From Tubulanus polymorphus (lineage: Eukaryota; Animalia; Nemertea), in NCBI RefSeq assembly GCF_964204645.1, contig NC_134033.1:2934131-2998130 (forward strand): a stretch of DNA of 64,000 nucleotides. Direction: 5' to 3'. The notes below the pieces were generated by a model. The model had not been told where the DNA came from, ran no database searches, and worked only from the letters and a program-made list of their open reading frames with translations. How positions within the stretch are numbered: position 1 is the first letter of the stretch; each line of letters begins with the position of its first letter. Positions 12,634-28,100 of the stretch are shown here, in pieces. Made by a program: the position numbers and the translations under genes.

Positions 12634-14617
12634 ATTAAGAACACTTCATTAGCAATAAATGAGCTTTAAAAGGAATCGTTTTAGTTTTCATCGTCGCGCA
12701 CCAAACTCTAGTAATTAATCTAAAGAACAAAGGACAGATATTAACGGTGACCTTTGGGCCCGTGGTCCATTCAGTTTTGTTTTTCATCACTTCTTTATCT
12801 GAACAATTCATATGAAATAGTGTTATTTTCGTAGCTATTAGATTAATCGTATATTCTTTGTTGAATGCAATAGTATTTACTTCAGGATGTGGATTTAAGG
12901 GGCTCGGTGAGGTCTTTACTGGCCAGTGTAATTTAAATAGACGATTACATAGATGACGACTTATTAATCTATGAATGTATTCACTGATGTAGTGTGAGCG
13001 TGTGTGTAAGAATGATTGGTTTGATTTTTCTTTTAGGGCGGCACGGCTCCGATAGACCTTTGTGATCTCTTCGTGTAGCACACATTTTCTTGTTACATTT
13101 TGTCACTGTATATCATGCGATATCAATAATGTAATAATGTAACGACCTTATGAAAAATAAATACTATACTACTTTACTAAATGTGCCACCGGATGAAATT
13201 ATTTTTCAGCCACCATCGAACCGTATGGCGACCGATTCGGGAAAACGAAATTGCCACGTAAAAGAAAGTGCAATATACCCCATGCAAAATATCATAAGCA
13301 TTGAATATCATGATCGATATATGCAATCAATTTTCAATAGAATACGAAGTCAAGTTCAACGCTAAAAAAAGACTATATATATTATCTACTTGTTCTTCCC
13401 TGGTAGGATCAGAATCATTGATAATCACAGTGTTTTATTTCAATCATCAAGACCACATTATTTAAGTATCAAAAACTGGTATGCACTTGGGTAATATGAT
13501 CGCTACCGATGAGACAGACTCTCAACGGATATACCACGCAATATGTGATTTAAACAGAATAGTAGATTTATTTCTCTCACAATTTATTCATGTTAACCCC
13601 TTTATCAGATTTAATTTCGAAAGTTGACTATATTCGAGTATATTGGGGCGTTGCTCGCTATACAGGTATATAGTTTATGATTATTTGTCCTAGTTTAATT
13701 CCGGTCACCATACAGTTGGATTGACAGATACTTTCGTTGATCACGCTTAACCAGTTATCAGAAAAGAACACTAACTCTCCATCTATCTTCTAATTCTGGA
13801 CGATGAACAAATTGAAATTTGTTTTTTAATGGCTCACAGAATTGTCGAAACGTCTCTTTTCTTACTATGGGTGGGTTTATCAACTAACAGTTTGCAGAGT
13901 TAGCCTATAGATAATGCTTTGGTACGATCTCGGGAAATGACAGAAATCGCTTTTCGATATCAACCACTTTTGCGGGTAGGTGCCGAATGGATGCCCCATC
14001 TTAAGTTTTATGTAGGACCCAGTTTCGTTAACTGAATATTTTGTTTTAAATCGCTTTCAATGCGGAAAAAAATTCAAACTCAACCGCGATTTAAATTTAG
14101 AACTTTTTCATAAATCTCTTGCCGTTTTCGTATAAGCAAGTAAATTCCTTTAGGTAAGCGAAGTTGTTATTCAGCCATATGAACTGTTCAAACCCGTCAG
14201 TTTTACGGTACCGAGTATCCATTGTATTACGTACGTTCAATGCGGGTATCAGTTTGTATCCATGGAACCACATCGCTTCAAGCCATCACTATTGAAAGGC
14301 TGCTGATTGAATGTATCTAACGTCTGGTGCAGTTTGTCAAGTCGTTTATATACCGATAAATCGTAAGACTCTTCGTAACTCTTGGAAATAAACACTTCGA
14401 ACACAATAATTAGAATCATTACATCCAATGATGCCAGTCAAATTTCTATGGTTTAGCTTAAATTCAAACACAAATCACTGGTCACATTTCATCCGAGTTC
14501 ATATTGAGTCTACTGTATTCGAGTTTGCTATAACGAGGGTCCATCTGATTAAAACTATGATTAAACCTAACCTAACGTCAGTGTCCTAATGAGAAACAAT
14601 TTAAAATTTCTACTCAC

Positions 14618-15270
14618 CGATTTATGTGAGCAGTTTTTCGATCATCATTCAGCTCACAGGAGTTTTCTATCAGACCAGGTTGTTTTAGTCAGCACACACT
14701 TGATGCAATCAGGTCCTGATGAAGTGAGGAAGGTCTGGAATCTGGAAACTGCAGTATTTGTCGATTTAGTCAACAATCAGATCCTGCTCAGACAGGTCGT
14801 CTCTGAAAAAGCAACCAAGCGTTTAATTAGACTTGAATCAGCTTGAATCTGACCTTGTATGGCAGATTTGAAGTTAAATTGTCTGCTCACCAATTCATGA
14901 GTGGAACTTCATGGATTATAACGATCGGTTATCGTTTCCTTGAGAGATGTGACATCCAAGCTACAGCACTAATATCTGTTCGGCCTTGTCGGTTTAGTCA
15001 ACAAACATTGACAGCAATCAGATCCTGAGAGAAGTAGAGTTTATCTGAAAAACAGTACCAGTATAAATCTCAATGATAATTTTTAATTTGCCTCGATACA
15101 TGCACATTGTAATCTGTTATAGCCAGTATTAAAAACCTACAAATCTACTCACCACCAATTTCTGTGTGAAGCATCATGGATTATCTCAAAAATGTCTGGA
15201 GTTCACAGCGTCGGTTTACTCAGCTTCGGAGTATTGACAGCAATCAGGTCCTGAGTGAGGAATGGCTGAT
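14618..15270 (-). ncRNA. Second copy of the candidate spliced minus-strand unit
   Basis: Colinear with 3726-4394; splice-site-like boundaries retained. Confidence 0.4.
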
Positions 15271-16060
15271 CTGAAAAACAACAATTTCATATTTCAGTTC
15301 TGACTGGAAGAAACAATGTTTAAGTTTAGGTTGGATTCCCGAGTGAGATCCCAGAGGCAGGGAGTCAACTAGACTACTTTATACACGAGATGTGAACTAT
15401 CGAAAGCGTCCCTCGGCAACTTCGCAAATTAGTATTTAAATTACTGGACCTAATAATTGATACAAAGCTTATAGATCTTCCTTTTCACTTATGTAACCTC
15501 ACGTAAGAACTGGACATATATGCGCGTGTATAGTGAATTCAACGTATGTTACTAATAAGTATTCAATTATTTCAAAAACCGAGGACAATAATAGGACACA
15601 ATATGAACTGAGTTTGCCATAATATGCGGTTCAATGGACACTGGCTAAATAATACCGGACTGACCCTGTTAATATTTCAACTTCAATTCCCTAACTGATA
15701 TATGAAGTAGATATAATATCAGATATTCTCTAACCGTCCTCGTTACAATGATAGTTCTATGCAGTAATTTAAATCCTTTCAAAATCGAATTAAAAGAAAT
15801 ATCAATTTGCAACACAATTTATCAATCACATTTCCATTATTGAATTGTCACTCGAATTTTCACAGGAATCAAGCACGAATCTTAGAGCTATTTGCAACTG
15901 CTTATTAGATAAGATAAACTACGATGATATCATCATAGGAAATATGCAATAAATTCAATTAATCAAATGTCCATTGTCTGTAACTCGAATTATCACTGAA
16001 TTCGAAGAAATGTCTTAGAACTATCTAACTATCTCTTAATTCTAAATATCGTATATATCT

Positions 16061-16186
16061 AAATATCGTCAACCCGTTTTCTAGAAGTCCGATTATAACT
16101 CCGAAATACGTTATCGGTATTTGCTGCATTTATTGGCTCGTTATAAGCACAGTTTCTATTCTACCGCTGTCATCGTCGTCTTACTT
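16061..16186 (+). pseudogene. Orphan ICL2-TM4 fragment upstream of copy C
   Basis: Same fragment, same 3' junction TCTTACTT|GGTTG. Confidence 0.9.
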
Positions 16187-16698
16187 GGTTGATGTTGGTT
16201 CCCCGATTAAGTCCTCACCCGCCAGAATCAGATTTCAATGGGCTTCGCTTAGCTTCAACTCAGTTATCATATTGACTGTAGAGTGTGAATTGTCGAAACA
16301 GATATTGACGAAGTGTTTTACAGAGACGCAGAATATTTTGAGGTAAAGATAGAAAATATTATCGAATATTATCACAAACTGAACGCAGTTCGGGAGCGAC
16401 AGTAAATGATTTTAGAGAAATAATTGCACACGATTATAAACACGATATATTGAAACACGTCTAAATTTAGAAACCGCGGTAATTACAGCGAAACCGAGAA
16501 CAGATGAAAGTAACAGAAATACGAGACTGGCGCCAGTTTGATGGGAGATCTTTTTACAAAATAATTGGACTCGATCCATTCGTCAACTTTTGCCATTTGC
16601 GAATTCGTCATTACTTTGCAGCGACTCTTGTGAGGAATGTCGTGCGAACTTGGAAATAGTTAGAAACGGTTTGTTTTGAAGCGTGAATTGTTTTCAAT

Positions 16699-19600
16699 AT
16701 GCAGCGAATGAAAGCGTTGTTCGTAGTTTTACTGATCGCTTGCGGAGACTGTATATTTACGCGGGCTGATCGCGCAAACTCTGTCGAGGAAGCCGCGTCT
16801 GTTACAGTCAGTTCATCTTGTAACAACACTCAATACTCCGTCGATTCTACGTCTGGTTACATCGTTTCACCGAACTATCCGTCGTTAGTGCGCGGTGTTG
16901 AATGTCGTTGGTTCGTCAACAGCTCTTTACCGGGAAGTTTTCTCGTTCAAGTTTACTACGACATCGAGCCGTCGATATTCTGTAACGAAAACTACCTTCT
17001 CGTCGGTGAGTCCGACAACAAACTCTGCGCTACCGGAAGAAAACAACAAGATATCCGCAGTAACGATTTGATTTCGTTGTTGTTTAGGAGTAACGTCGAT
17101 GGAGCGCGAGGTAGTCGGGTTTATATCATATATCGTTTTGAAGAACAGAGTCGCTTGGAAATCGTACATACATGTTACAAACATGCAGTAAAAGAATTAC
17201 CAACTCAAACAGGTTATGAATTCATGATTTCTACCCGGCGATGTAAATTGTTGTTAGAATGGATCGGGATGCCAGACGGGTTTGCAATGAATTTAACGTT
17301 TATAGAGATAGATTTCAGATTATATCCCGGTGAGGATCCGATGAAAACTCGTCCTCAAATTTACGACGGATGGAACAGCACCAGTGAACCTATAGCTCTT
17401 ATACGAGAACAAACCGGACATCCGCCTTCATCGTTTTATACTAAAACTAATAAAGCACGTATTGATTTTTTGTCAAGTAGAGTTAAGTCGCAGTTACTCG
17501 TGCAAGTTTACAAAATATCAGATTGGAAAATCTCTAACCCGTTAATTCAAGTCTATGATAAATCAGGACTGCTCACTACAATTGATGGAATACCACATAT
17601 AGTAACTCAGTCTAAACACTTATACTGCTGGTCTATCACAGTCGATGTTCTGCAGTACGTCGTCTTCAACTGGACACGTGATCTCGTCTCGTCACCAGGT
17701 GTCGTTGGTGTATATAAACAGGAAGGGTTACGTATTGTGAGAACTGATATTTTACTCAGTTTTAACCATCTTAAATCTCTGAGTGTAAAATCAGACGGAT
17801 CTCTCGTGATTCTGTGCGTTTTTACGACATCGGATTTTGTAAGATCGAATTTGAAAATAGAATTTGAGGTGAAATCAATGACAATATCAGACGTCTACGT
17901 CAACAAGCCATGGATACGGGTAAGTTTGTTATAATGATTTGTAAATTGGGTTCGTGTAATAGAATCATTGTAAATTGTTGTATTGTTTAACGTGATAAAA
18001 CTACGCAATAAATCGCGAGAGACGAATGAAATATAAGTCCCACAATCACAGCATCAAAACAGATTTTAAAACTACTAAAATTTATTCAAAACCTCAAATT
18101 TTCGGTTTTATGCTAAAAACTATTTTCAAGAATGTACATAAAAACTAGGTGATATTGACCAGAGAGGAAACAGGGACAAACATTTTATTATGGGGGGGGA
18201 TTGTAAACGTAAAAATTGATAGTAAACGTTCAATGCTGTTATCAATTCTCTTATATTTCAGAATGATGCAGGCGTGACATCAATATCGGCTGTTCACTTG
18301 TTCCCGAGATCAAAGAATACATTGTATCGTGTAACTACATTACAACTAAACTGGAAAGTGAACATCTATGAAGAACAGTTAGAACTAACAGTGCTATCAG
18401 AAAACTGTGATCGGGCTGGTTTTTATATATTTGATGGTAGTAATTTTACAGCTAGACGCTATGGTCCGTATTGTCCTGGTTCATACTACGGTCGATCTGT
18501 CGTCAGCCTGATTACATCAGGTGGACCGGTTACTGTAGTAGCATACGCGTATTACTATAACAATCAGTTAACAGTTGGTGATCCTGCCTGGTCATCTCTT
18601 ATATTTGCTCAAACTGATTGTGATGGTTATGTTCTACAGGAAGAAGAACGTCAGATCAATATGACGTCACACTGTCTCGTGATTACACCTGGAAATCGAC
18701 GCCTTCCCTTGAAAAATATTCACATATTATCAGAACACGAATATCAAATTGACCGATGTTTTCTCAAGATGTCATGGCGATGTGATCAGTTTTTGAGTTT
18801 GAGTAATCAGTTTCTTAATAACAGTCTGGTATTAAACACTGTAGATTTCACAGTTAATGGGTTTGGATTTTGGCAGTATCCACTAATTGTTAAACTACGT
18901 CGTAAATGTCTACGAGTGAAAAAATCGGATAGTTTTGGACTTGACGGTTCATTTCTTCCAGTTACTACTAAAGACAAATGTGGACTCGTGCAGTCACCGA
19001 ACTACCCGGGTCGGGCACGACGTACATTAAAATCTATTTCATATAAGTTTGAAAACCCGATACAACAAAATATATTTCAATATTACAGATTTATTGTCAA
19101 ATTTATTGGATCAGTTTCATGCGAAACAAACAGCAGGGTCGAGAAAGATCCGATCATTTTGATACAATCAATAAATTACGACCTCTTTCTAAATGGAAAA
19201 TATTCCAAAACCATTTTAATCCAACATGAAACTAAAATATGTGAAAATAACGCGGTTCGTGGACTTATATTTTATAGTTTAACAGATAATACTCTGCGTT
19301 TTGAAGTAAAGAATGGTATACCCATCTTTCAAATACAATACACTTTACACGAGTCGTTACCGATTAAACATTTCGATGATTTCTACTGTAAACAAGGATT
19401 TCTGGATTCGGGAATTTCCTGCATCAAATTCATCAGAGATGAACGTCTGAATTGGGAGAACGCTGAAATATACTGTAGACAGAAGTACGCGGGACATCTA
19501 CTCAGTATCAACTCAGAACAGGAAATGATTTCCATCAAAAGATTATTCGCTACAGAACTTCTCCGAATGGCGTACACATTAAAAGCGCTCATAATGATGA

Positions 19601-22600
19601 TTGGATTGAAATGGCAGGTAAGACTAATGTATTCAAATATGAATTAGAATAGGATGATTTTTAAAGATTATGATATATTTCATTTTCTTCACGAAACAGA
19701 ATGATGGTTATTACACGTGGACTGACGGTAAACCATTGAGCTACACAGAGTGGTATAAACCTGTTATCAATGAAACGATACCTGAAGTTATTCGAGGATT
19801 GATATCTCCGCTAAGAAAACAACCGATAAATTATGTCAATATGCCGTGTACGGTGATGATACTGAATAATCCACGAGGATCGGCGAACTGGGTTCGATTC
19901 CCGTGTCAAATCGAGGAGACGCACACGACATTCATTTGTGAATCTGAGAGAATCGACATCAAAAACAAATACAATTCAACGATAAATGACGCGAACAATT
20001 CAACAAATACACACTTAAATAAAACCATAGATCAAATTATTCCCGATGTTACTTTAATAAATTCAACCTGTCCAAGAGGTTGGGTAACTATTTCGGGACA
20101 ATGTTATCAAATACTAACCGACTGGAAAAACAATCGAGGTTTGAATATTCGGAGTGCTAGAGAAATGTGTCACAGCATCCGCGCCGAAATAGTAAGAATC
20201 AACTTAAATATAGAAAGTGATATGAACAATTTGATCAACAAATTTCAATATCGACATCAATATGGCGCTATACTGACAATGGACCGCGACGCATTTAAAG
20301 TTATAGAACCACTGGTGACCAGAAATGAAATTACTTATATTCAATCAGTTAAATGGTTATTGAAACCTTTCGATAATACAAAAGATAAAGTGCATTCCGT
20401 GCTATGTACCTATAATGTAACTGGTGAAGAGTCAGCTTCTATAAGCGATTGTAAATCGTGGCAGTTTGAATGTAACGATCAAAGATGTATCAGCGACCAT
20501 CGCGTATGTGATACCAGACACGACTGTCAACACGGTGAAGATGAACTCGATTGTACGGATATCAATTTACACAGTCAGTTCCGCTGTAACGATGGACAGG
20601 TTATATCGATTAGCGGTTTCTGTGACTTTATGAGAGATTGCGTCGATGGCTCGGATGAGAACTCGTGCTATCATCCACCGTGTTTATCTACACAATATCG
20701 CTGTTCCAATCACCAATGTATCGATAGTTATAAACGATGTGACGGACTAGCCGACTGTAAAGACGGCTCCGATGAGATCGGCTGCACTGCCAAACTTTGT
20801 CAGGGGTTCTCGTGCGCGGACGGTGAATGTATTAGTTCTCAGTTGTATCGGGATGGTGTCGTGGATTGTAGCGGAAGTCTCGAAGAAGACGAATTGGTCA
20901 CTAATATGACAGTGAATCCCGAGGTTTACTGTAATAATGACAATCACTGTACGACTCGTTTCACAGATCTGTGTAAGGAATCGGATGAACAAAGATGTTC
21001 GTTCAATTCTCCTCGCTGTTATTCCCGACACGAAAGGTGTATTTTAGAAAGGATGCCGATTGGTTTCCCGGTATGTCGAAATCTTGAACATATACTCGCG
21101 TGTAATGACTTCGAATGCGCGGCTGGTACTGTAAAATGTCCGGCATCTTACTGTATACCGATCAGACACGTTTGTGACGGTCGATCCGATTGTCCTAATT
21201 CAGAAGATGAACGAAACTGCGAGACTTGGTCGTGTCCGGGAATGTTTAAATGCGGTCAGGAAAATCGATGTATTCCGCAATCTGAAGTTTGCGACGGCGT
21301 CGTAAATTGTAAGCATAACTCGGATGACGAGACATACTGTAAGGTCACGTGTCCTGAACGTTGTAATTGCCGGGGTCATTTCATCGATTGTGAAAATGCT
21401 CTTTTATCAGATATCACTGATCGTTTTATAGAATCAACTCGGGTTTTGATTTTGTCTAATAATCGAGTCGTATTTAACGAGTCGACGTTCAACTCTTTCA
21501 TTTATCTTCGTTTTCTCGATATTTCGGGAAATAATTTGTCTTACATCGTTCCAAACGCGTTTTCTAATCTAAACAATCTATACACATTAGACCTTACTCA
21601 CAACCGCATAACATCATTATCTGCTAATACATTCGCAGGTTTGATCGGTTTAAAAGAACTATTTCTTATCAGAAATCCGCTGCAACATTTAGAAGACGGT
21701 TGTTTCCGAGGTCTGACGTCACTTACTGTTCTCGATCTTCACGGACTTTCTATATCGGTTCTCGGTGAAAATGTATTTGAAGGTTTATCCGCATTACAGT
21801 CGTTAAATATCAGCAGTAACAGAATACATTATATTTCCAGCTATGTTTTTTACGGATTGGTTGGACTTGAAATTCTAGATCTCGTCAACAATTCCGAAGT
21901 AATATCCGTAGAAAGAAACGTTCTGGGCGATCTTACATCATTGAAATACCTCGCTTCGGATGCTTACAAATTTTGCTGCATGGCACCGAATGTTGACCGA
22001 TGTCTTCCCGAAGCTGATCAATTTTCCACCTGTTCTGACCTGATGGGTAACGCTGTACTGAGATCCATCATTTGGATGATCGCATCTTTCAGTTTTCTCG
22101 CTAACAGTATCGTTATTTTATTTCGCGTTCAAGCTTTGCGGATGGAATCCTCCGGAACACGTAACACATCTTCAGATATCCTCATCATAAATATTGCCGG
22201 TTGTGATTTTCTGATGTCGGTCTATTTGTTTTTGATCGCAGGAGCTGACCACGCATTCAAAGGCGTTTATTATCTGAATTCTGAAACCTGGACGGATAGC
22301 TCATTATGTCGTCTCGCCGGGGTTATTGTCACCGTGTCGTGCGAAGGTTCCTTAACTTTCCTCTTAATTCTAACGCGTCAGAGATATTCGAATATCGTCA
22401 ACCCGTTTTCCAGAAGTCCGATTATAACTCCGAAATACGTTATCGGTATTTGTTGCATTTGTTGGCTCGTTATAAGCACAGTTTCTATTCTACCGCTGTC
22501 ATCGTCGTCTTACTTCGGAGACAATTTTTACGGTACAACCGGAGTTTGTTTGCCTATGAATTTACTGACGATCGACGTCAATGGCTGGCACTATTCATTC

Positions 22601-22954
22601 GCTATTTTTGCCTTGTTTAATGCGGCCATATTGGCTACGATAATGACGACGTACGCTCAGATGTATAGACTCGTATCTGGGAGTAGGTCGGGTTCGGGTA
22701 GAGCCGATCCTACCGAACTGGTTTTAGCACGAAGGAGTTTAGTAATCAATCTTTGTAATCTATTTTGCTGGCTACCGATAATAATCGTCCAGTTTTGCGC
22801 CGTATTTTCGGTCGAGATACCGAACCAGGTGGCCGCTTGGCTGGCTGTTCTATTTTTACCGATCAACTCGTCTCTGAATCCGCTTCTTTATACAATACTG
22901 ACGATCGATATGAAATCAATTAGAACGAGATATAAACGTCAACAAAAGAAGTAG
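16699..22954 (+). CDS. GRL101-like giant LGR, copy C, ~1943 aa; exons 16699-17919, 18262-19617, 19700-22954
   Basis: Same architecture and homologous phase-0 splice sites (GTAAGT 17920, AG 18261, GTAAGA 19618, AG 19699). Confidence 0.9.
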
Positions 22955-24183
22955 ATTAAGAACACTTCAATAGCAATAAAGGAGCTTTTAAACGAATCGT
23001 TTTAATGTTCATGGTCGCGCACCAAACTCTAGTAATGAATCTAAAGAACAAAGGACAGATATTAACGATGACCTTTGGGCCTATGGTCCATTCAGTTTTT
23101 ATATCACTGCTTTATCTACACAATTCATATAAATTAGTGTTTTTTCGTAGCTATTAGATTCATTGTAGATTATTTGTTGAATGCAATAGTATTTACTTCA
23201 GGTGTGGATTTAAGGGTGAGATCTCGGTGAGCCCTTTACTGGCCAGTGTAATTTAAATAGACGATTACATAGATGACGACTTATTTATCTATGAATGTAT
23301 TCACCGATGTAGTGCGTGTTGCGTGCGTGCGTGCGTGCGTGCATGCCCACATTTTCTTGTTACATTTTTGTCACTGTATATCATGCGATATCAATAATGT
23401 AATAATGTAACGACCTAATGAAAAATAAATACCATACTACTTTACTAAATGTGCCACCGGATGAAAGTATTTTTCAGCCACCACCGAATCGTATGGTGAC
23501 CGATTCGGGTTAACGAAATTGCCAAGTAAAATAGAGTGCAATATACCTCATGCAAAATATCATAAGCATTGAATATAATAATCGATATATGCAATCAATT
23601 TTCTATAGAATACGAAGTCAAGTTTAATGCTTAAAAGACTATATATATTCACTATCACTTTTATCTACTTGCTCTTCCCTTGCATGATTAAATCCTTGAA
23701 AATCAAATGTTTTATTTCGAAGTCATATTATCAAAGTATCAAAAACTGATATGCACTTGTGTAATATGATCGCTACCGATGAGACAGACTCTCAACGGAT
23801 ATACCACGCGATATGTGATTTAAACGGAATAGTAGATTTCCCTATTTCTCTATTTATTTCTCTCACAAATTAATCATGTTATATCAGATTTGATTTCGAA
23901 AGTTGACTATATTCGAGTATATTGGGGCGTTGCCGGTACCGAGTATCCATTGTATTACGTACGCTTAATGCGGGTATCAGTTTGTATCCATGGAACCACA
24001 TCGCTTCAAGCGATCACTATTGAAAGGCTGCTGATTGAATGTATGTAACGTCTGGTGCAGTTCATTTTTTCCGGGGTGACCTCTGGTTCGAAAATATATT
24101 AAAGTTATTTTAGAAATATAACAGAATAAAAGTTCATTTAATTCTTACTTTCATTTGTTCATAGTTTTGATGATAGCAAAAAG

Positions 24184-24246
24184 CCCCTACCTCTGCCTGC
24201 CCCTGCCTCCGCCTCTGCCCCTGCCCCTGCCTCAGCCTCTGCCTCT
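24184..24246. repeat. Short (CCYCTG)n hexamer tract
   Basis: Same flanks as 3090-3243. Confidence 0.9.
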
Positions 24247-25140
24247 CCCTTTCCCTCTCCAATAATAAATATTACAGGCAGTGATAAACATCACGGTTAG
24301 ATACATCGTTTCATAGCGATGTATAAATATTTTACCACATATTATACGAACGCACCAGCGAGCCGACGATCATATCAGCGGATAAATCACTCGTAATAAA
24401 TGCAAATAAAACCGCGATGATGAGTTATAAAATACGTTTTAAACGAATCTGTATCGATACAACACCTCTCCACACATCAGCTCGTATGTACGTATCAGTG
24501 CGCGACGTACTTGAACTTTCATTTTAATCGCGTTTTTCATCAGTGACTGTTTGTCACACAGTTCTGGGATCTAGCTACCAGTTGTACTTTATCATCGCTA
24601 GCATTTCGTTAACTTCGGGAGCCGGTCGAACCCAGTTCCATATTTGCCGTTACAATTTGATTATGTTGAATTTATGAATGTTAAAAAAACAACTTAATTT
24701 CGATCGTATATGATACAAAAAGAACTAAACATTTCTATGGCGACTACATTGGAAACTGGATAATGACGAGAGTGATTCATATATTGAAAACTGGTCGGCA
24801 TCTCGGAGTGAGAATTTGACAACTGATTTTGAATTTATTGCGAAACAATCGGAAGAAACTTAACAGTGACGTGCTAAAACTGATTGTGACATTACAGATA
24901 TTATCGTTGGACAACGATTGTGAAAAATGAAATCTGATCGTAAGTTCTAAATCGATGGAAAATTGAATTTGAAATTCTTTCGAAATTGACACATTGAAAA
25001 CTGATTGTGACTTTCTTGCCAAATCATCGAAAACTAATCGTGATTTTGAAGCGAAATCATTCCAAGCTGATTGCCAGTTCACGATCAGGTTGACACGAAC
25101 TTGTTCAAGCGAACTTTTCAGGAGAAATTATCCGCGAATT

Positions 25141-28100
25141 ATGGAAAGCGATGAAAGGCGTGTAATCCGCGAATTCCGGAACGCCATCAAACGTAACGAC
25201 CTCGGCCTCGTCAAGAAAACGCGCGACGAATTCTTCAAATTTGAGCGAGGATCGGATTTGATCGATTCGGATCTAACCGTAAATCTAACCGATGATTCTA
25301 GCGTCGTCGTTCCCGAGCGGCGCTACCCGGACGAGATAGCCGATGAGTCGGTGGTTTCGAACCCGCTGTTTCTGGCTTGTATTTTCTGCAGCGCGGATGT
25401 CGTCTGGTATCTCATCGCCGAGGGAGCAGACGTGCTGGTCAAGGACGTTAACGGTAACAACGTCGTTCAAGCGCTGGTCTCGGCGGCGGCCGCGTGCCCG
25501 CGTCTCGAGTCGAAACTCGTCGAAATCTACCGTCTCGTAAACCGCCAAATATCGCCGAATATGGCAGTTCTACTGACGGACGAGAATAAACTAGAACTTC
25601 GACCGTTAGAGTTCGCCGCCCGCGTGGGGACGTTCGGTTTGTTTTCGGTTATTTTGAACACGGAGGGCGTCTACCGCACGATGACCGCCGATCACGGCAT
25701 GAAGGTCGTATACTCGTACGATCTCGGGGTTTACGATGCGGACGGCGATCGTTACGATAAATCGCCGCACTGGTTTTTCGTCTTGAACGACGCCGATTCG
25801 GTGCTGGAGAAGATGCACGCCAGCGCCTGTTTGAAGAACCCGTCGATCGAGGCCTGGTCGAAGCTGATTTGGGCTAGGAGTAAATACGTGCACTGTCTGG
25901 GAAGCGCTTTTAGATTGTGTATTTTCATGCTGTTCATGTTGATGCCGCACGTCAGGTTTTACGAATATCAGGAACACATTTCAGCGGATCTCAACAACAC
26001 AGGTAAACAAGAAAACTAATATGAAAGTTTAGACGCATTTAGAAATAACACATATATTGCGTTATATTGTCGACAATGAAAAACATGATATTAAGTTAGC
26101 TAGTATTTAGGATCAATAAAGTCATTTTGGATTAAAAAAAAAATCGATTATCGAATTGACCGTTAACCAGTCCAGTCGCGATATATTGATGACGTTATAC
26201 AGCTTCTACTGGCGCGCTGGAGGTCATCTCTTCCTCGTTGGCGTACCGTAGCTATTGCAGAATAGAATGGAATAAGTATTTTATTTGTCTACATTGCCGA
26301 AACGATAGTATTAACAAGTTAATAGCGATAGTAAATATAGCTGCAAGGCAGCGATAACGGATTTTCTGCACAGCCTTGTTCGTATTATATATAAGACTAG
26401 TTTATTTTCAGGAGAAATTATAACAGATATAAATATGAATAAAGAGTCGACAAGATGTTATAATATCTAGTGAAGGATAGCCCAATAGAAAGCAAGAATG
26501 CTTGTTTGGAGCATTGTGCCACCTTAAAACACACACAAACACACTTCATTCATTCCCCTCGCATACAGATTCATACAAAAAATAACATTAGATCAAAGGC
26601 GGATGGATGTCAAATGTAACAATTACAAGCAGATTACAATCAACAAATAAACTAGTTTCATGATTGATAGTTGTCTATGGTCCACTTTTTAAATCAAGAT
26701 TTCGTTGCATCGATCGAAGTTGAGAGTTTGATGTGTTGGTTTAGATTTTGAATTTTGGAATTAGGCGCGTATTCTTGTTGTTGTACCGTGTTGACCACGA
26801 TAGCGCGCACGCTGACGCATCCGCACCATATCATTGAAAATGAAGGGAATTTAGAATCCTGTTCAACGGTCAACACGGTTTTATAAAAGGAAGGTCTACA
26901 AACAGTCAATCTGGCCTACTTTATCCAAACCATGGGTGACTAGAACAGATGCTTTGACCCTGGTAAATCGACTGATAGGCCTATAGTATTTATGGATTAT
27001 GAAATAGCATTTGATAAGTTACTACATCAGCGATTACTAAACAAGCTATTAGGAAAATCATCATTGTCTAGTGTGGGCAGACATGTCACATTTTGAGGGA
27101 CATACTTCTTTTCAAGGGAGTCTAGTTCGTATTCATGAGTTGACTATATTCGAGTTTATTGCGTCGTTGCCAATATCATTCCGGTTATGATTCCTGTCGG
27201 CGACGTCTAACTTTTTACACACAAAGATACGATGTAACTCGCCACAGTTACATTTTCGGTCATCGGTTCATCTATCCATTAATTCTGGACGATGAACAAT
27301 TTGAATTTTCTTTTTCTTAAATGGCTCATAGAATTGAGTCGTCAAAACGTCTCTTAGTTTTTCTTCTTACTATGGGTGGGTTTATCAACTAACAGTTTCC
27401 AGATGCTATTTAGAATCAAACAGATAGTTTATCAGTAAAATCTGTTTAACTGTTTTTCTAAAGGCGCCGTTTGTCGCGCAGTAGACGAAAAAATTAGCGG
27501 AAGAGTCTAAAACGCTGAGCAGAATCCCTGCTTTACGCATGACCATTAGTTCATCCACAGATAGACCGTGGAGTAGTCCGAAATGCGTTTTGAAGAAATA
27601 CAGCAGACGGTCCAGCGATGCGGGAATTTCACAGATAAAGAATATAGCTACAATTATGAGAACGACTTTTAATATTTTGAGTTCGGTAGATTTTCCACCG
27701 GGCGCCGCTGCGTCCGCGTGAAATTGTTTTTTTCGATTTAGTTTTCTAGATATCATAATTCCGAACAAAGTTAAGTTGATCACGATAAGAGTAATAAAAG
27801 GTAAAAGAACAGTCATGAACATATAGGAATTAATAACGTCACGTCGTGCATTATCAAGCAAATAAACAAAAGGTGTCGGTATTGTGCTCGCGCCGAAAGC
27901 GCCCATTGTATAAACACGTTCGTAACAGCGTTGCGTGCTCCTACCGGGTAAACTCAGCGGAAAATAATACGGCCAGAAACAAACAGCGGAAGATATTGCG
28001 TTCAAAACTGAAAGACAAATGATTTGTTTTTTGTTCCAGAATCGTTTAAAATACAGCGGACTCGCGACGACCAGAAGTCTCTCGAAATTGATTACGACTA

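Noticed and set aside
12635-13081. 148-aa minus-strand ORF after copy B
   Set aside because: Paralogous 3' flanks of A, C and E do not keep the frame; no recognisable domain.
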